Source: Candidatus Methylomirabilota bacterium
GTDB taxonomy: Bacteria; Methylomirabilota; Methylomirabilia; Rokubacteriales; CSP1-6
DNA length: 64,000 nucleotides
Assembly (NCBI GenBank): GCA_035709005.1
Contig: DASTFB010000059.1
Coordinates: 13,472 to 77,471 of the forward strand
Direction of reading: 5' to 3'
Positions within the stretch are counted from its first letter, which is position 1, and every line of letters starts with the position of its first letter. A model generated the notes under the pieces. It did no database searches. It had not been told where the DNA came from and saw nothing but the letters and a program-made list of their open reading frames with translations. A program made the position numbers and the translations under genes. This document shows positions 29,927-41,229 of this stretch, piece by piece.

Positions 29927-30364
29927 GTGATCGAGCGTCACGCCAGTGTGGTCGTGCAGACCTTCGTCCGGGTGTTGACGCCGCTCGCTCAGCTGTTTGC
30001 CCTCTACGTTCTCACCTTCGGTCATTACAGCCCCGGCGGAGGATTCCAGGCCGGCGTCATCCTGGGCGCGTCGTACATCCTCCTGGCGCTCGCCCTCGGA
30101 CGCGAGACGCTTGACCGCAAAGTGAACGAGCCGCTGTGCGTCGCGCTGGGCGCCGCCGGCGTCCTGCTGTACGTCTTGACCGGCGTGGCGGGCATGCTCG
30201 GTGGCGGCAACTTCCTCGACTACTCTCTGCTCCCCCTGCCCGTCACGCCGGTCCGGGCCCGCTACTTCGGCATCCTGTTCATCGAGAGCGGGGTGACGCT
30301 CGGCGTGGCGGCCACGCTGATCATCCTCTTCTGCCGACTGGGCGAGCGGCAGACCGGCCCATGA
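29927..30364 (+). CDS. mnhB: Mrp/Mnh antiporter subunit B
   Basis: GHYSPGGGFQAG. Confidence 0.88.
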   Translation: MIERHASVVVQTFVRVLTPLAQLFALYVLTFGHYSPGGGFQAGVILGASYILLALALGRETLDRKVNEPLCVALGAAGVLLYVLTGVAGMLGGGNFLDYSLLPLPVTPVRARYFGILFIESGVTLGVAATLIILFCRLGERQTGP

Positions 30365-30726
30365 ACTACCCCTACTGGGTGGCGCTCGGCCTGCTCATGC
30401 TCGGGCTGTACACGATGATCGCCCACCGGAACCTTCTCAAGAAGGCCGTGGGCATGACGATCTTCCAGACGGCGATCATCCTGTTCTTCCTCCTGCTGGC
30501 GGTCAAGCGCGAGGGCAGCCTGCCCATCGTCTCGCCGGGTCCCGTCGACCCGGCCGGGTTCATGAATCCGCTGCCGCACGCGCTCATGCTCACGGCGATC
30601 GTGGTCATGGTGGCCACCAGCGGCGTGGCTATGGCCATCCTGATCCGGCTGTACGCCCGGTACGGTTCCCTCGAGGAGGACGTCATCGCGGGGCGCGTCG
30701 CGAGCGACGATGCTGGCCCCGCCTGA
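30361..30726 (+). CDS. mnhC: Mrp/Mnh antiporter subunit C
   Basis: RNLLKK, NPLPHALMLTAIV. Confidence 0.9.
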   Translation: MNYPYWVALGLLMLGLYTMIAHRNLLKKAVGMTIFQTAIILFFLLLAVKREGSLPIVSPGPVDPAGFMNPLPHALMLTAIVVMVATSGVAMAILIRLYARYGSLEEDVIAGRVASDDAGPA

Positions 30727-32180
30727 TGCGGGCCCAGCTTCCTGTCCTGCCCGTGCTCCTGCCGCTCCTCGGCGCGCTGCTTCAGCCGATCGTGGGACTG
30801 GCGACCCGGCGAGCCTCGTGGCCTCTGGCCGTCCTGACGGCCGCCGTCACCGCCGGGGCCGGCATCGCCGGGCTCCTCGACGTGTTGGCCCGCGGGCCCC
30901 GCCGATACTGGGTGGGAGGCTGGGCGCCACCCTGGGGGATCGAGATCGTGCTGGATCCACTCAGCGCGTTCACCGTCTGCGTGATCGCCGTGGTGGCGAC
31001 GCTGACCCTGCTGGCGGGAGGGCCATCGGCCCGGGCGACGTTCGGCGGCGAGGAGCGCACCTACTACGCGCTGGCCCTGCTGCTGGTGACCGGTCTCCTG
31101 GGGATGGTCGTCAGCGGCGATCTGTTCAACATCTTCGTGTTCCTGGAAGTCGCCTCGATCTCCAGCTATGCCCTGGTCGCCAGTGGCGGCGGCCCGGCGC
31201 TGGCCGCGGCGTTCCGCTACGTCGTGATGGGCACCGTGGGCGCCTCGTTCTATCTGCTGGGCGTGGGCTGCCTGTATGCGCTGACCGGCACTCTCAACAT
31301 CGCCGACCTTATCGTTCGTCTCCCGACGGCCACGGACTCCCCCCTCTTCACCGGTGGCATCGCATTCATGGTGGTCGGGCTCGCCATCAAGATGGGCCTC
31401 TTTCCCCTCCACAGTTGGCTGCCCGACGCCTACACGTGGGCCCCGGCTCCGGTGACCGCCGTGATGGCTCCGATCGCGACGAAGGCCGCGGCCTACGTGC
31501 TGGCGCGCGTCCTCCTCTATGTCCTCAAGCCGGAGAGCCTCCCCGTGGGCGCGACCCTCGCGTGGGCCGGTGCGGTGGCCATCTTGGCCGGCGGCGCCCT
31601 GGCCGCCCGGGAGCCCGACGCCCGTCGGCTGCTCGCGTACTCCAGCGTCAGCCAGATGGGGTACATCGCCCTGGGCTTCGGCCTCGGCGTGCAGCAGGCG
31701 CTGGCCGGGGCGTATCTGCACATCCTGGCCCACGCCCTCATGAAGGCGGCACTCTTCGTCGCGCTCGCCGCGGCCGTCCTCGACGGGCGCGGGCCCACGC
31801 TGACCGCGTTGCGTCTCGGCCAGCGCATGCCGGTGACCGGCGCCTGCGCCGTGATCGCGGCGCTCTCGATGGTGGGCGTGCCCCCGGTGGCGGGGTTCTT
31901 CTCCAAGTGGTACCTGCTCCAGGGCGCGGTGGCGGCCGGCCAGCCGGTTCTGGCCGGGGCGATCCTGACCGGGAGCCTCCTGGCGGCGGTCTACATGTAT
32001 CGGCTGACCGAGGCGGTGTGGTTCGGCCCGCCGCGAGCCGCGGGCGGGCCGCCGGAGGCGCCGACGCCCTTGCTCGTGGGGCTGGTGGCTCTGACCGTCG
32101 CGACCGTCGTCGTCGGGCTTGGCAACGCCGAGCTGTTCATGGACGTCCTCGAGCCGGCCGCTGCGGGGGCCGCCAGGTGA
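30726..32180 (+). CDS. mnhD: MrpD-like antiporter subunit 1
   Basis: GDLFNIFVFLEV, FPLHSWLPDAY, LLAYSSVSQMG, GFFSKW. Confidence 0.88.
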   Translation: MRAQLPVLPVLLPLLGALLQPIVGLATRRASWPLAVLTAAVTAGAGIAGLLDVLARGPRRYWVGGWAPPWGIEIVLDPLSAFTVCVIAVVATLTLLAGGPSARATFGGEERTYYALALLLVTGLLGMVVSGDLFNIFVFLEVASISSYALVASGGGPALAAAFRYVVMGTVGASFYLLGVGCLYALTGTLNIADLIVRLPTATDSPLFTGGIAFMVVGLAIKMGLFPLHSWLPDAYTWAPAPVTAVMAPIATKAAAYVLARVLLYVLKPESLPVGATLAWAGAVAILAGGALAAREPDARRLLAYSSVSQMGYIALGFGLGVQQALAGAYLHILAHALMKAALFVALAAAVLDGRGPTLTALRLGQRMPVTGACAVIAALSMVGVPPVAGFFSKWYLLQGAVAAGQPVLAGAILTGSLLAAVYMYRLTEAVWFGPPRAAGGPPEAPTPLLVGLVALTVATVVVGLGNAELFMDVLEPAAAGAAR

Positions 32181-33655
32181 GCCAGGCCTCGGCGCTCCCC
32201 GGGCTGGCGCTGGCCCCGTCGGCGCTGGCCGTCGTCCTCATCCTCCTGTCGCGCCGCCGCCCGGTGGTGCGGGAAACCTGGAGCATTCTGGCCGCGATCA
32301 CGCAGACGGTGGTCCTGGCGGCGATGATCCCCTCCGCGCTCGGCGGGACAGAGCTCGTCTGGTCTCCGATCGCCCTGGCCGAAGGGGTTCCGCTGGTCCT
32401 GCGCGCCGACCCGCTGGGCGTCTTCTTCGGGACGCTGGCCTCGGCCCTCTGGGTGCTCACCACGGTCTATTCGATCGGCTACACGCGCGCGCTCCGCGAG
32501 CACGCGCAGACCCGGTACTTCGCGTCGTTCGCCCTGAGCCTCTTCGCCACGATCGGTGTGGCGCTGGCCGGGAATCTCGTGACGTTCTTCGGCTTCTTCG
32601 AGATCCTCACCGTGGCGACCTACCCGCTCGTCATCCACAAAGAAACGCCCGAAGCGGCGCGGGCCGGCCGGGTCTATCTCGCCTACACGCTGACCGCCGG
32701 GGCCGCGCTCCTGGGCGCCGTGGCCGGGATCCAGGTGCTGGCGGGCCGGACCGAGTTCCAGGCCGGCGGTATCCTGGGCGGCCTGAGCGTCACCCCCGCG
32801 GCGCTCTGGGGTCTCCTCCTGCTCTGCGTCGTGGGGTGCGGCGTGAAGGCGGCCCTCGTGCCGCTCCACACGTGGTTGCCGCTGGCGATGATCGCGCCCA
32901 CGCCGGTCAGTGCGCTGCTCCATGCCGTCGCGGTGGTCAAAGCCGGTGTCTTCGGCCTGGCCCGCGTCACCGGCTTCGTGTTCGGCCCGGAGCTGCTCGG
33001 TGAGATGGGCGCCGACCACGCGCTGGCCGCGGTGGCGCTGGCTACGATCCTGCTCGGCTCGCTGGCCGCGCTGAGACAGGACAACCTCAAGCGCCTGCTC
33101 GCCTTCTCGACCGTCAGCCAGCTGTCCTACATCGTCCTCGGCGTGACCCTGGGGGTGCCCGAGGCGTTCGCGGGCGGCGTGCTCCACATCGCGAGCCACG
33201 GCCTGCTCAAGATCACGCTGTTCTTCTGTGCGGGAGCGCTCTACGTGGCGGCGGGCGCGGAGCGGGTGAGCGAGCTGGATGGAATCGGCCGCCGCATGCC
33301 CTTCACGATGGCGGCCTTCGCGCTGGCCGCCTTCCTGCTGGCCGGCCTGCCGCCCGGCCTGGCCTTCGCGAGCAAGTGGCACCTGCTCGCCGGCGCCGTC
33401 GGGGCGCACGCCTGGCTCGCAGTGGCGACGCTCTCCGCGAGCACGGTGCTGAACATCGCGTACTTCGCGCCGATCGTGATCCGCGCCTTTCGACCGGGGC
33501 GCGAGGGGCCGATCCAGGAGGCTCCTCTGCCACTGCTGGTGCCGCTCCTGGTGACGGCGGCCGGGGGGCTGCTGCTAGGAGTCGACCCGGATGCCGGCGC
33601 GCGGCTCTGGTCGCTGGCCCAGGCGGTGGCCGTCAGCGTCGGGGGGGTGCGATGA
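32177..33655 (+). CDS. MrpD-like antiporter subunit 2
   Basis: FFEILT, PLHTWLP.AM.APTPVSALLHAVAVVKAG, LLAFSTVSQL. Confidence 0.88.
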   Translation: MSQASALPGLALAPSALAVVLILLSRRRPVVRETWSILAAITQTVVLAAMIPSALGGTELVWSPIALAEGVPLVLRADPLGVFFGTLASALWVLTTVYSIGYTRALREHAQTRYFASFALSLFATIGVALAGNLVTFFGFFEILTVATYPLVIHKETPEAARAGRVYLAYTLTAGAALLGAVAGIQVLAGRTEFQAGGILGGLSVTPAALWGLLLLCVVGCGVKAALVPLHTWLPLAMIAPTPVSALLHAVAVVKAGVFGLARVTGFVFGPELLGEMGADHALAAVALATILLGSLAALRQDNLKRLLAFSTVSQLSYIVLGVTLGVPEAFAGGVLHIASHGLLKITLFFCAGALYVAAGAERVSELDGIGRRMPFTMAAFALAAFLLAGLPPGLAFASKWHLLAGAVGAHAWLAVATLSASTVLNIAYFAPIVIRAFRPGREGPIQEAPLPLLVPLLVTAAGGLLLGVDPDAGARLWSLAQAVAVSVGGVR

Positions 33656-33846
33656 GGCGGCCGGTGGGCGTCCTGGTCGCGATCGCGATCGTCCTGTTCG
33701 GGCTGGAGCTGGCGCTGCCTTCGAGTGGCCACTGGCCGCCGGGGGCCTCGGCCGCGTTCGGGCTCATGGGGTGCGTCGTGATCGTGGCCGTGGCCAAGCT
33801 GCTGGGCGGCCTCGGCCTCCAGCGCGTGGAGCCGGCGGATGACTGA
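33652..33846 (+). CDS. Small two-TM accessory protein of the Mrp operon
   Basis: Overlaps both neighbours; FGLMGCVVIVAVAK. Confidence 0.7.
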   Translation: MRRPVGVLVAIAIVLFGLELALPSSGHWPPGASAAFGLMGCVVIVAVAKLLGGLGLQRVEPADD

Positions 33847-35494
33847 GTGGATGCACCCCGCCTGGCCGTTCCTGATCGGCGCGGTGCTGGCCGGGCTGGC
33901 GCCGGGCGCCGCCCGGCGCATCGTCGTGCTCGTCGCCCCGGCGGTCGGCGTAACCCTGGCCTGGCTGCTACCCCAGGGGGCACAGCTGCAGGCGACGGTG
34001 ATGGGGCACGATCTCCTCTGGCTGCGCGCGGACGCGCTGGCCCGGCCGTTCACGATCATCTTCGCCCTCTTGGGGGGGCTCGGCCTGCTCTACGGCTGGT
34101 CGGGGTCGCGGCGGCTGCACACGGCAGGATTGACCGCGACCGGCGCGGCGCTCGGCATCGCCCTGGCGGGCGACTGGGTGACGTTCTACCTGGCCTGGGA
34201 GACGCTCGCCGTGGCGTCGTTCGTGTTGATCAAGGACGGGGCGTCACCCCGAGCGTCGGCAGCCGCGTACCGCTACCTGCTGATGCACATCCTCGGGGGC
34301 GCCTGTCTGCTCGCGGGCGTCAGCGTGCACCTGGGCGGGGGCGGTGGCGGGCTGGTGGCCGGGCCGGTGGCCGGGAGCGCCTGGGCTCTGATTCTCGTGG
34401 CGTTCGCGATCAATGCGGCAACACCGCCCCTGCATGCCTGGCTGACCGACGCTTACCCGGAGAGCTCGCCCGCCGGCGCGGTTCTGCTCTCGGCCTTTGC
34501 CACCAAGGCCGCGGTCTATGCGCTGGCGCGGGTGTTCCCCGGCGTCGAGGCCCTGGTGTGGGTCGGCGCGATGATGACGCTCTACGGCGTGGTCTTCGCC
34601 GTGCTCGAGAACGACATTCGACGGCTCCTCGGCTACCACATCGTCAGCCAGGTCGGCTACATGGTCACCGGGGTCGGTCTGGGCACGTCGCTGGCAATCA
34701 GCGGGACCGTGGCGCACGCCTTCTCGCACATCCTGTACAAGGGACTGCTCTTCATGGCCACGGGGGCCGTGGTCCAGGCGACGGGGCGTCGCCGCCTGAC
34801 CGATCTGGGCGGGCTCGCCGCAGCGATGCCCGCGACGCTGGCCCTGTACATGATCGGCGCGCTGTCGATTTCCGGCGCGCCGCTGCTCAACGGGTTCATC
34901 AGCAAGTCGCTGGTCGTGGCGGCGGCCGAGGCAAGTCACCGCGACGTGGTCGCGGCGCTCCTGACGCTGGCCTCGGTGGGGACGTTCCTCAGCGTCGGCC
35001 TCAAGCTGCCATTCTTCACCTTCGGTGGGGCGTCGTCCGGCGCGACGCCGAGCCCCGTGCCGAAGGCGGCATTGCTGGCGATGGGGCTGACCGCGGCGCT
35101 GTGTTTCCTGAGTGGCGTCGCTCCCCAGATGCTGTACCGCCTGTTGCCGTTTGCCGTCGCGTACAGGCCTTACACCACGGATCACGTCCTCGGAGCCGTT
35201 CAGCTTCTCGTGGGAACGGCACTCGGCTTCACGCTCCTGCTGCGTCTGCTGAAGGGCAAGCCAACCGTCACCCTGGATGCCGACCGCGCCTACCGGGCGC
35301 TCGGGCGGCTGGTCGCCGGCCTCGGGCAACGCGTAGCCCGGGCGGCTGATGCGCTGGAAGAGTGGGCAATCGCGGGGGTTACACGGCCGTTACACCTGCC
35401 GCGTGTTCGAGCGCTGGCGTCGATGAGCTACGATGCCCTGCTCGCCGTGCTGCTTCTCGGCGCCGGCATCGTGGTGCTGGGCCTGTTTCGCTGA
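33839..35494 (+). CDS. MrpD-like antiporter subunit 3
   Basis: PPLHAWLTDAYPE, SAFATK, RRLLGYHIVSQVG, HILYKGLLF, NGFISKS. Confidence 0.88.
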   Translation: MTEWMHPAWPFLIGAVLAGLAPGAARRIVVLVAPAVGVTLAWLLPQGAQLQATVMGHDLLWLRADALARPFTIIFALLGGLGLLYGWSGSRRLHTAGLTATGAALGIALAGDWVTFYLAWETLAVASFVLIKDGASPRASAAAYRYLLMHILGGACLLAGVSVHLGGGGGGLVAGPVAGSAWALILVAFAINAATPPLHAWLTDAYPESSPAGAVLLSAFATKAAVYALARVFPGVEALVWVGAMMTLYGVVFAVLENDIRRLLGYHIVSQVGYMVTGVGLGTSLAISGTVAHAFSHILYKGLLFMATGAVVQATGRRRLTDLGGLAAAMPATLALYMIGALSISGAPLLNGFISKSLVVAAAEASHRDVVAALLTLASVGTFLSVGLKLPFFTFGGASSGATPSPVPKAALLAMGLTAALCFLSGVAPQMLYRLLPFAVAYRPYTTDHVLGAVQLLVGTALGFTLLLRLLKGKPTVTLDADRAYRALGRLVAGLGQRVARAADALEEWAIAGVTRPLHLPRVRALASMSYDALLAVLLLGAGIVVLGLFR

Positions 35495-35495
35495 G

Positions 35496-35741
35496 CTAGA
35501 GCCGGGGGAGCAGCGCTTCGACCAGGGAGGCTGGGGGCTTGAAGTCCAGGGCCTGCGAAGCGAGCAGCCCGCCGCCGACCAGCGCCGCGATCGCCAGCAC
35601 CTTGAGCAGCCGCCAGCGGCCGCGATGCTCCTCCGGCATGACCACGCGGGGCGGCGCGCTCAGCTGCGCCAGCATCGTTTCCTGCGCGCGCTGCTGAGCG
35701 ATTCGCACCCGGCGCCGTTCCTCCTGAGTGAGCCGGTTCAC
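35496..35741 (-). CDS. Hypothetical protein with C-terminal TM
   Basis: GGAG before GTG; MNRLTQEERRR..WRLLKVLAIAALVGGGLL. Confidence 0.5.
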   Translation of the reverse strand: MNRLTQEERRRVRIAQQRAQETMLAQLSAPPRVVMPEEHRGRWRLLKVLAIAALVGGGLLASQALDFKPPASLVEALLPRL

Positions 35742-35943
35742 CCTCTCCACCTCCGTGCTCACGCGGTCTTGCCCGAAGCTGATGCAAAGACCTCGCCGAA
35801 GTGGTGAGCACCTTGTAGTGGGTCGAAGAACACCGGTAGGACGCGAGCTTGGCCACACGACTGAGGGGGAGGACCCGCCGTCCGCCGCCCTGACCTGCAA
35901 GGTCCGCCGGAAACCTTGTCAAAATGTCCCGGCGCGGGACACG

Positions 35944-36366
35944 CTACTCGACGACCTTGAGGATGTGAATCGCCGCTGCGACAACCTCGTCGCGCTGGTT
36001 CGTGCAGGTGACGCGAGCAAAGGCCTTCATCGCCGGCTCGTCTCGCTCGACGATCTCGTAGGTGACGGTGATCGTGTCGCCGATGAGAGCCGCAGCAGGA
36101 AAGCGGATCTTCTCGAACCCATAGGAAACGATCGTGCCGGGCAGTCCCTCGCAGATCGCAGTCGACGCTCGGGACATATAGCCGACCAACAGCGCCCCGT
36201 GAGCGATGCGGCGGCCGTATCGGGTGTTGCGCATGAACTCCTCGTCGACGTGGTTCGGCGAGAAGTCGCCGGTGATCCCGGCGAAGAGGTACACGTCCGA
36301 CTCGCTGATCGTCTTGCGCACCGCGACCTTCCGGCCCACGGTGAGCGCCGCGAACGTCTTGTTCAT
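35944..36366 (-). CDS. MaoC-family dehydratase
   Basis: FAGITGDFSPNHVD, RIAHG, IRFPA..IGDT. Confidence 0.9.
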   Translation of the reverse strand: MNKTFAALTVGRKVAVRKTISESDVYLFAGITGDFSPNHVDEEFMRNTRYGRRIAHGALLVGYMSRASTAICEGLPGTIVSYGFEKIRFPAAALIGDTITVTYEIVERDEPAMKAFARVTCTNQRDEVVAAAIHILKVVE

Positions 36367-36379
36367 CGGGATGTCCTGT

Positions 36380-37390
36380 TCAGAAGTTCCAGCCGTCCAG
36401 TCGGGCCGAGTTATCGGGCACGACCAGCAGAGGCAGATCCTCGTCGCCCAGAATGCCATGAGCGACCAGGGCGGCGCCGCCGTCGTGACGGCGGGCCTCG
36501 AGACGCGTGAGGCTCGGCATCTCGGGCAGGCGGCGCGCCAGGTGGCGAGCGCTTGCCGGCAGCCAAACGGCGCCGGCGGGCGTCCACAGCGGGAATTTCC
36601 CCCGGACCGGATCGAGAGGGCCGGCCACCGCCGGCACCTGGGTCCACAGCCTGGACCGGCTCCGGCGTGGCCGGGGTTCCGCCTGGCCGCTGGCGACATC
36701 CCAACCGGTCAGGGCCGCCGCCGTCACGGCCGGGGCCGCCGCGCGCCGGCGCCCGGCCGACCAGGTCAGTGACAGGGCGAGCGAGCGACCACGGCAGACG
36801 ACCTCGTGCGGTGTGTACGGCGGCAGGTAGAGCAGCGTTCCCGGTCCGAGGTGGCGAGTCCACCAGCCCGGATGTGCTGATCGCTCCCGCTCGCTGTCGA
36901 GGTCCGCCGGGGTTTCGGGTCGCACCGCGGGCCCGACCGTCGCCGTGCGCCGGCCCTCGAGCTGCACCCAGAAGCCGTGGACGTTGCCGTCGTGATGCAG
37001 GCCCATCCCCGGGCGGTCCCGCCCCTCGACCAGAAAGAGAAACGAGCACTCCTGGCGGAACGGGCCGAGACACGTGGCCCGCAGCGCCACCATGAGGCGC
37101 ATCACGCGCGGCAGCACCTGGTGGACCTGCGGCAGGTACACGGTCGCCCCCGCGGCCGTCGCGCGAGCGACCTGCCGCGGGGTGGGGGCGCGGCGGCAGC
37201 GGCGGGCGGTCACGAGGTGCACGGGGAGGCCGGCGGCGGTGAGCCGGCGGACGCGCTCGAATCCCGGCGTCAAGGTCCGCCAGGCTCCATCCCGCGGGGC
37301 CAGCAACGTGGGCCAGCGCCCCAGGCGGCTGCGCCGAAATCTGGTCATGGCCCGCTGATCGGGGAACCAGGTCGCCAGTGGCGAGATCAC
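36380..37390 (-). CDS. JmjC/cupin 2OG-Fe(II) oxygenase-like protein
   Basis: GLHHD..VQLEG..LGPGTLLYLPPYTPHEV; GTGA overlap with the upstream gene. Confidence 0.75.
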   Translation of the reverse strand: MISPLATWFPDQRAMTRFRRSRLGRWPTLLAPRDGAWRTLTPGFERVRRLTAAGLPVHLVTARRCRRAPTPRQVARATAAGATVYLPQVHQVLPRVMRLMVALRATCLGPFRQECSFLFLVEGRDRPGMGLHHDGNVHGFWVQLEGRRTATVGPAVRPETPADLDSERERSAHPGWWTRHLGPGTLLYLPPYTPHEVVCRGRSLALSLTWSAGRRRAAAPAVTAAALTGWDVASGQAEPRPRRSRSRLWTQVPAVAGPLDPVRGKFPLWTPAGAVWLPASARHLARRLPEMPSLTRLEARRHDGGAALVAHGILGDEDLPLLVVPDNSARLDGWNF

Positions 37391-38241
37391 CGGGAGGGAA
37401 CGGCAGCCGGCTGCGCCTGGCGGCGAGCCGTCCACACCCCCCTGGTGCCGTCGGCACCGGCCAGCTCGCCGCTCGCGTGGTCGCCGTCGATGCGGGCGAC
37501 GAGGGTCAAGCGCTCTCCCGAGACCGTGATGCGAGCGCCCTCGACCTGTCCGGTGATGAAGATCTGGTTGCCGTCGAGATGCAGCGTGCCGACCACCTGC
37601 TGGAAGCGCTGGGCCAGGTCGAGGACCGCCGGCCGCTCGATGCCACGCCCGCGCAGGGTCCCGGCCCAGCGGCCGACGACGTCGGCCGGAACCGTCCACA
37701 GGTAGATGGTGTGCACGCGATCCGGGCCCTGGACCCGCTCGACCCGATCGGGCACCCACTGGCCCATGCGGAAGTCGTGCGAGACGACCCGGCTGCCAGG
37801 CGCCAGCTCGTGCACCAGCTTGGGCTGGAGCCGGAGGTTGACGTCCTCGCGTAAGTAGAGGGCCACGACGGTGGCCTCCCCCAGGTCGGTGGCGAAGAGG
37901 TCCTGCCAGAGAAAGCGCGCGCGGTCGGCCACGCCGGCGTTCACCGCGCGCTCGCGGCTCGTCTGCACAAGGTCGGCGTCCAGCTCGACGCCGACGGCGC
38001 GCGCGCCGAACTCGCGCGCCGCCGCGATGACGAGACGCCCGTCACCGCTGCCCAGATCGTAGACCACGTCGTCGCGGCCGACCCCGGCGATCCTGAGCAT
38101 CTCGACACCGACTCCCTCGGGAGTGGCCACGTAGGGCAGGGCGGGAGCGTGAAAGCCGGGCTGGGTGCTCTGGCAGCCGGCCAGGGTGACGAGCCCGGCC
38201 AGGCCCCACGCGACCCACCTCCGCCCGCGGCGAAGCGCCAC
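37387..38241 (-). CDS. Class I SAM-dependent methyltransferase with lipoprotein signal
   Basis: LAGC lipobox; PYVATP, YDLGSGDGR, GVELD, VVSHDF. Confidence 0.85.
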   Translation of the reverse strand: MALRRGRRWVAWGLAGLVTLAGCQSTQPGFHAPALPYVATPEGVGVEMLRIAGVGRDDVVYDLGSGDGRLVIAAAREFGARAVGVELDADLVQTSRERAVNAGVADRARFLWQDLFATDLGEATVVALYLREDVNLRLQPKLVHELAPGSRVVSHDFRMGQWVPDRVERVQGPDRVHTIYLWTVPADVVGRWAGTLRGRGIERPAVLDLAQRFQQVVGTLHLDGNQIFITGQVEGARITVSGERLTLVARIDGDHASGELAGADGTRGVWTARRQAQPAAVPSR

Positions 38242-38261
38242 GCCCCGAGCCCGCCCGAGCG

Positions 38262-40061
<1,800 letters not shown>

Positions 40062-40127
40062 CCCGATCATGCTACCACGCGACGCCATGTATAATGACGC
40101 TCACCTCGCGCGCCCGGAGGTCGTCGC

Positions 40128-40658
40128 ATGCCTCGAGTCCTGTGGCTGATCGTCGCCTGGCTCGCCTTGCCGCTGACGGTGTGGGCCCAGCCCACGAAGT
40201 CGCCGACAGCCGTGATCACGCTGGAGCGCGGCGGCCAGATCACGCTGGAGCTCTGGCCGGCGGACGCGCCGAACCACGTGAAGAACTTCCTGGACCTGGC
40301 GGCCAAGCGCTTCTACGACGGCCAGCGGGTGCATCGGGTGGAACCGGGGTTCGTGGTGCAGTTCGGTGATCCGCAGTCCAAGACGCTGCCCCTGAACGAT
40401 CCGCGGATGGGAAGCGGCGGGCCCGGCTACACCATCAAGGCCGAGTTCAACAAGCGGCCGTTCGACCGCGGCGTGCTGGGCATGGCCCGCACCGACGACC
40501 CGGACTCGGCCGGGAGCCAGGTCTACCTCATGCTGGCCCCGGCGCCCTTCCTGAACGGCAAGTACACCGCGTTCGGACGCGTGGTGACAGGCATGGAGAT
40601 CGTGGACACGATCAAGGTCGGCGAGCGCATCAAGAGCATCGCCGTCGGCGATCGGTGA
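40128..40658 (+). CDS. Cyclophilin-type PPIase with signal peptide
   Basis: FYDG..HRVEPGFVVQFGDP, GMAR..PDSAGSQ, YTAFG. Confidence 0.92.
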   Translation: MPRVLWLIVAWLALPLTVWAQPTKSPTAVITLERGGQITLELWPADAPNHVKNFLDLAAKRFYDGQRVHRVEPGFVVQFGDPQSKTLPLNDPRMGSGGPGYTIKAEFNKRPFDRGVLGMARTDDPDSAGSQVYLMLAPAPFLNGKYTAFGRVVTGMEIVDTIKVGERIKSIAVGDR

Positions 40659-40783
40659 GGTGCGAGCCGCAGGACGTCGCGGGCTGGGGCCCCGCCGTCC
40701 GAGGCGAGGCTACAAATGAGGTGCGAGCCGCAGGACGTCGCGGGGCTGGGGCCCCGCCGTCCGAGGTGAGGCTACAAATGAGG
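40656..40783. repeat. Two tandem 61/62-bp units plus a partial unit
   Basis: TGAGGTGCGAGCCGCAGGACGTCGCGGG(G)CTGGGGCCCCGCCGTCCGAGG(C/T)GAGGCTACAAA at 40656-40716 and 40717-40778. Confidence 0.9.
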
Positions 40784-40791
40784 AGGAGCCG

Positions 40792-41226
40792 GTGAAGCAG
40801 ACCGCCGTCATCACGCTGGAGAGCGGGGGCGAGATCCGCCTGGAGTTCTTTCCCGAGGACGCGCCCCGCACCGTGGAAAACTTCGTGACGCTGACGAAGA
40901 ACGGCTTCTACAACGGCCTCGCCTTCCACCGGGTGGTGCCCGCCTTCGTCGTCCAGGGCGGCGACCCCAAGGGCGACGGCACGGGCGGGCCCGGCTACAC
41001 CATCAAGGCGGAGTTCAACAAGCGCAAGCACGAGCGGGGGGCGGTGGCCATGGCGCGCAGCCAGCACCCCGACTCCGCCGGCAGTCAGTTCTACATCACC
41101 TACGGCGCCCAGCCGCACCTCGACGGCAACTACACCGTCTTCGGACGGGTCACCTCGGGCATGGAGCACGTGGATCGCATCAAGCAGGGCGACCGAATGG
41201 CCTCCGTGGTCATCGTCGAGGAATAG
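40792..41226 (+). CDS. Cyclophilin-type PPIase, cytoplasmic
   Basis: FHRVVPAFVVQGGDP, AMAR..PDSAGSQFYI, HLDGNYTVFG. Confidence 0.93.
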   Translation: MKQTAVITLESGGEIRLEFFPEDAPRTVENFVTLTKNGFYNGLAFHRVVPAFVVQGGDPKGDGTGGPGYTIKAEFNKRKHERGAVAMARSQHPDSAGSQFYITYGAQPHLDGNYTVFGRVTSGMEHVDRIKQGDRMASVVIVEE

Positions 41227-41229
41227 CCC

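Noticed and set aside
28342-35494. Membrane-bound hydrogenase or complex I
   Set aside because: No catalytic or Fe-S subunits are present.
40656-40783. CRISPR array
   Set aside because: Only two abutting units, no spacers and no cas genes.
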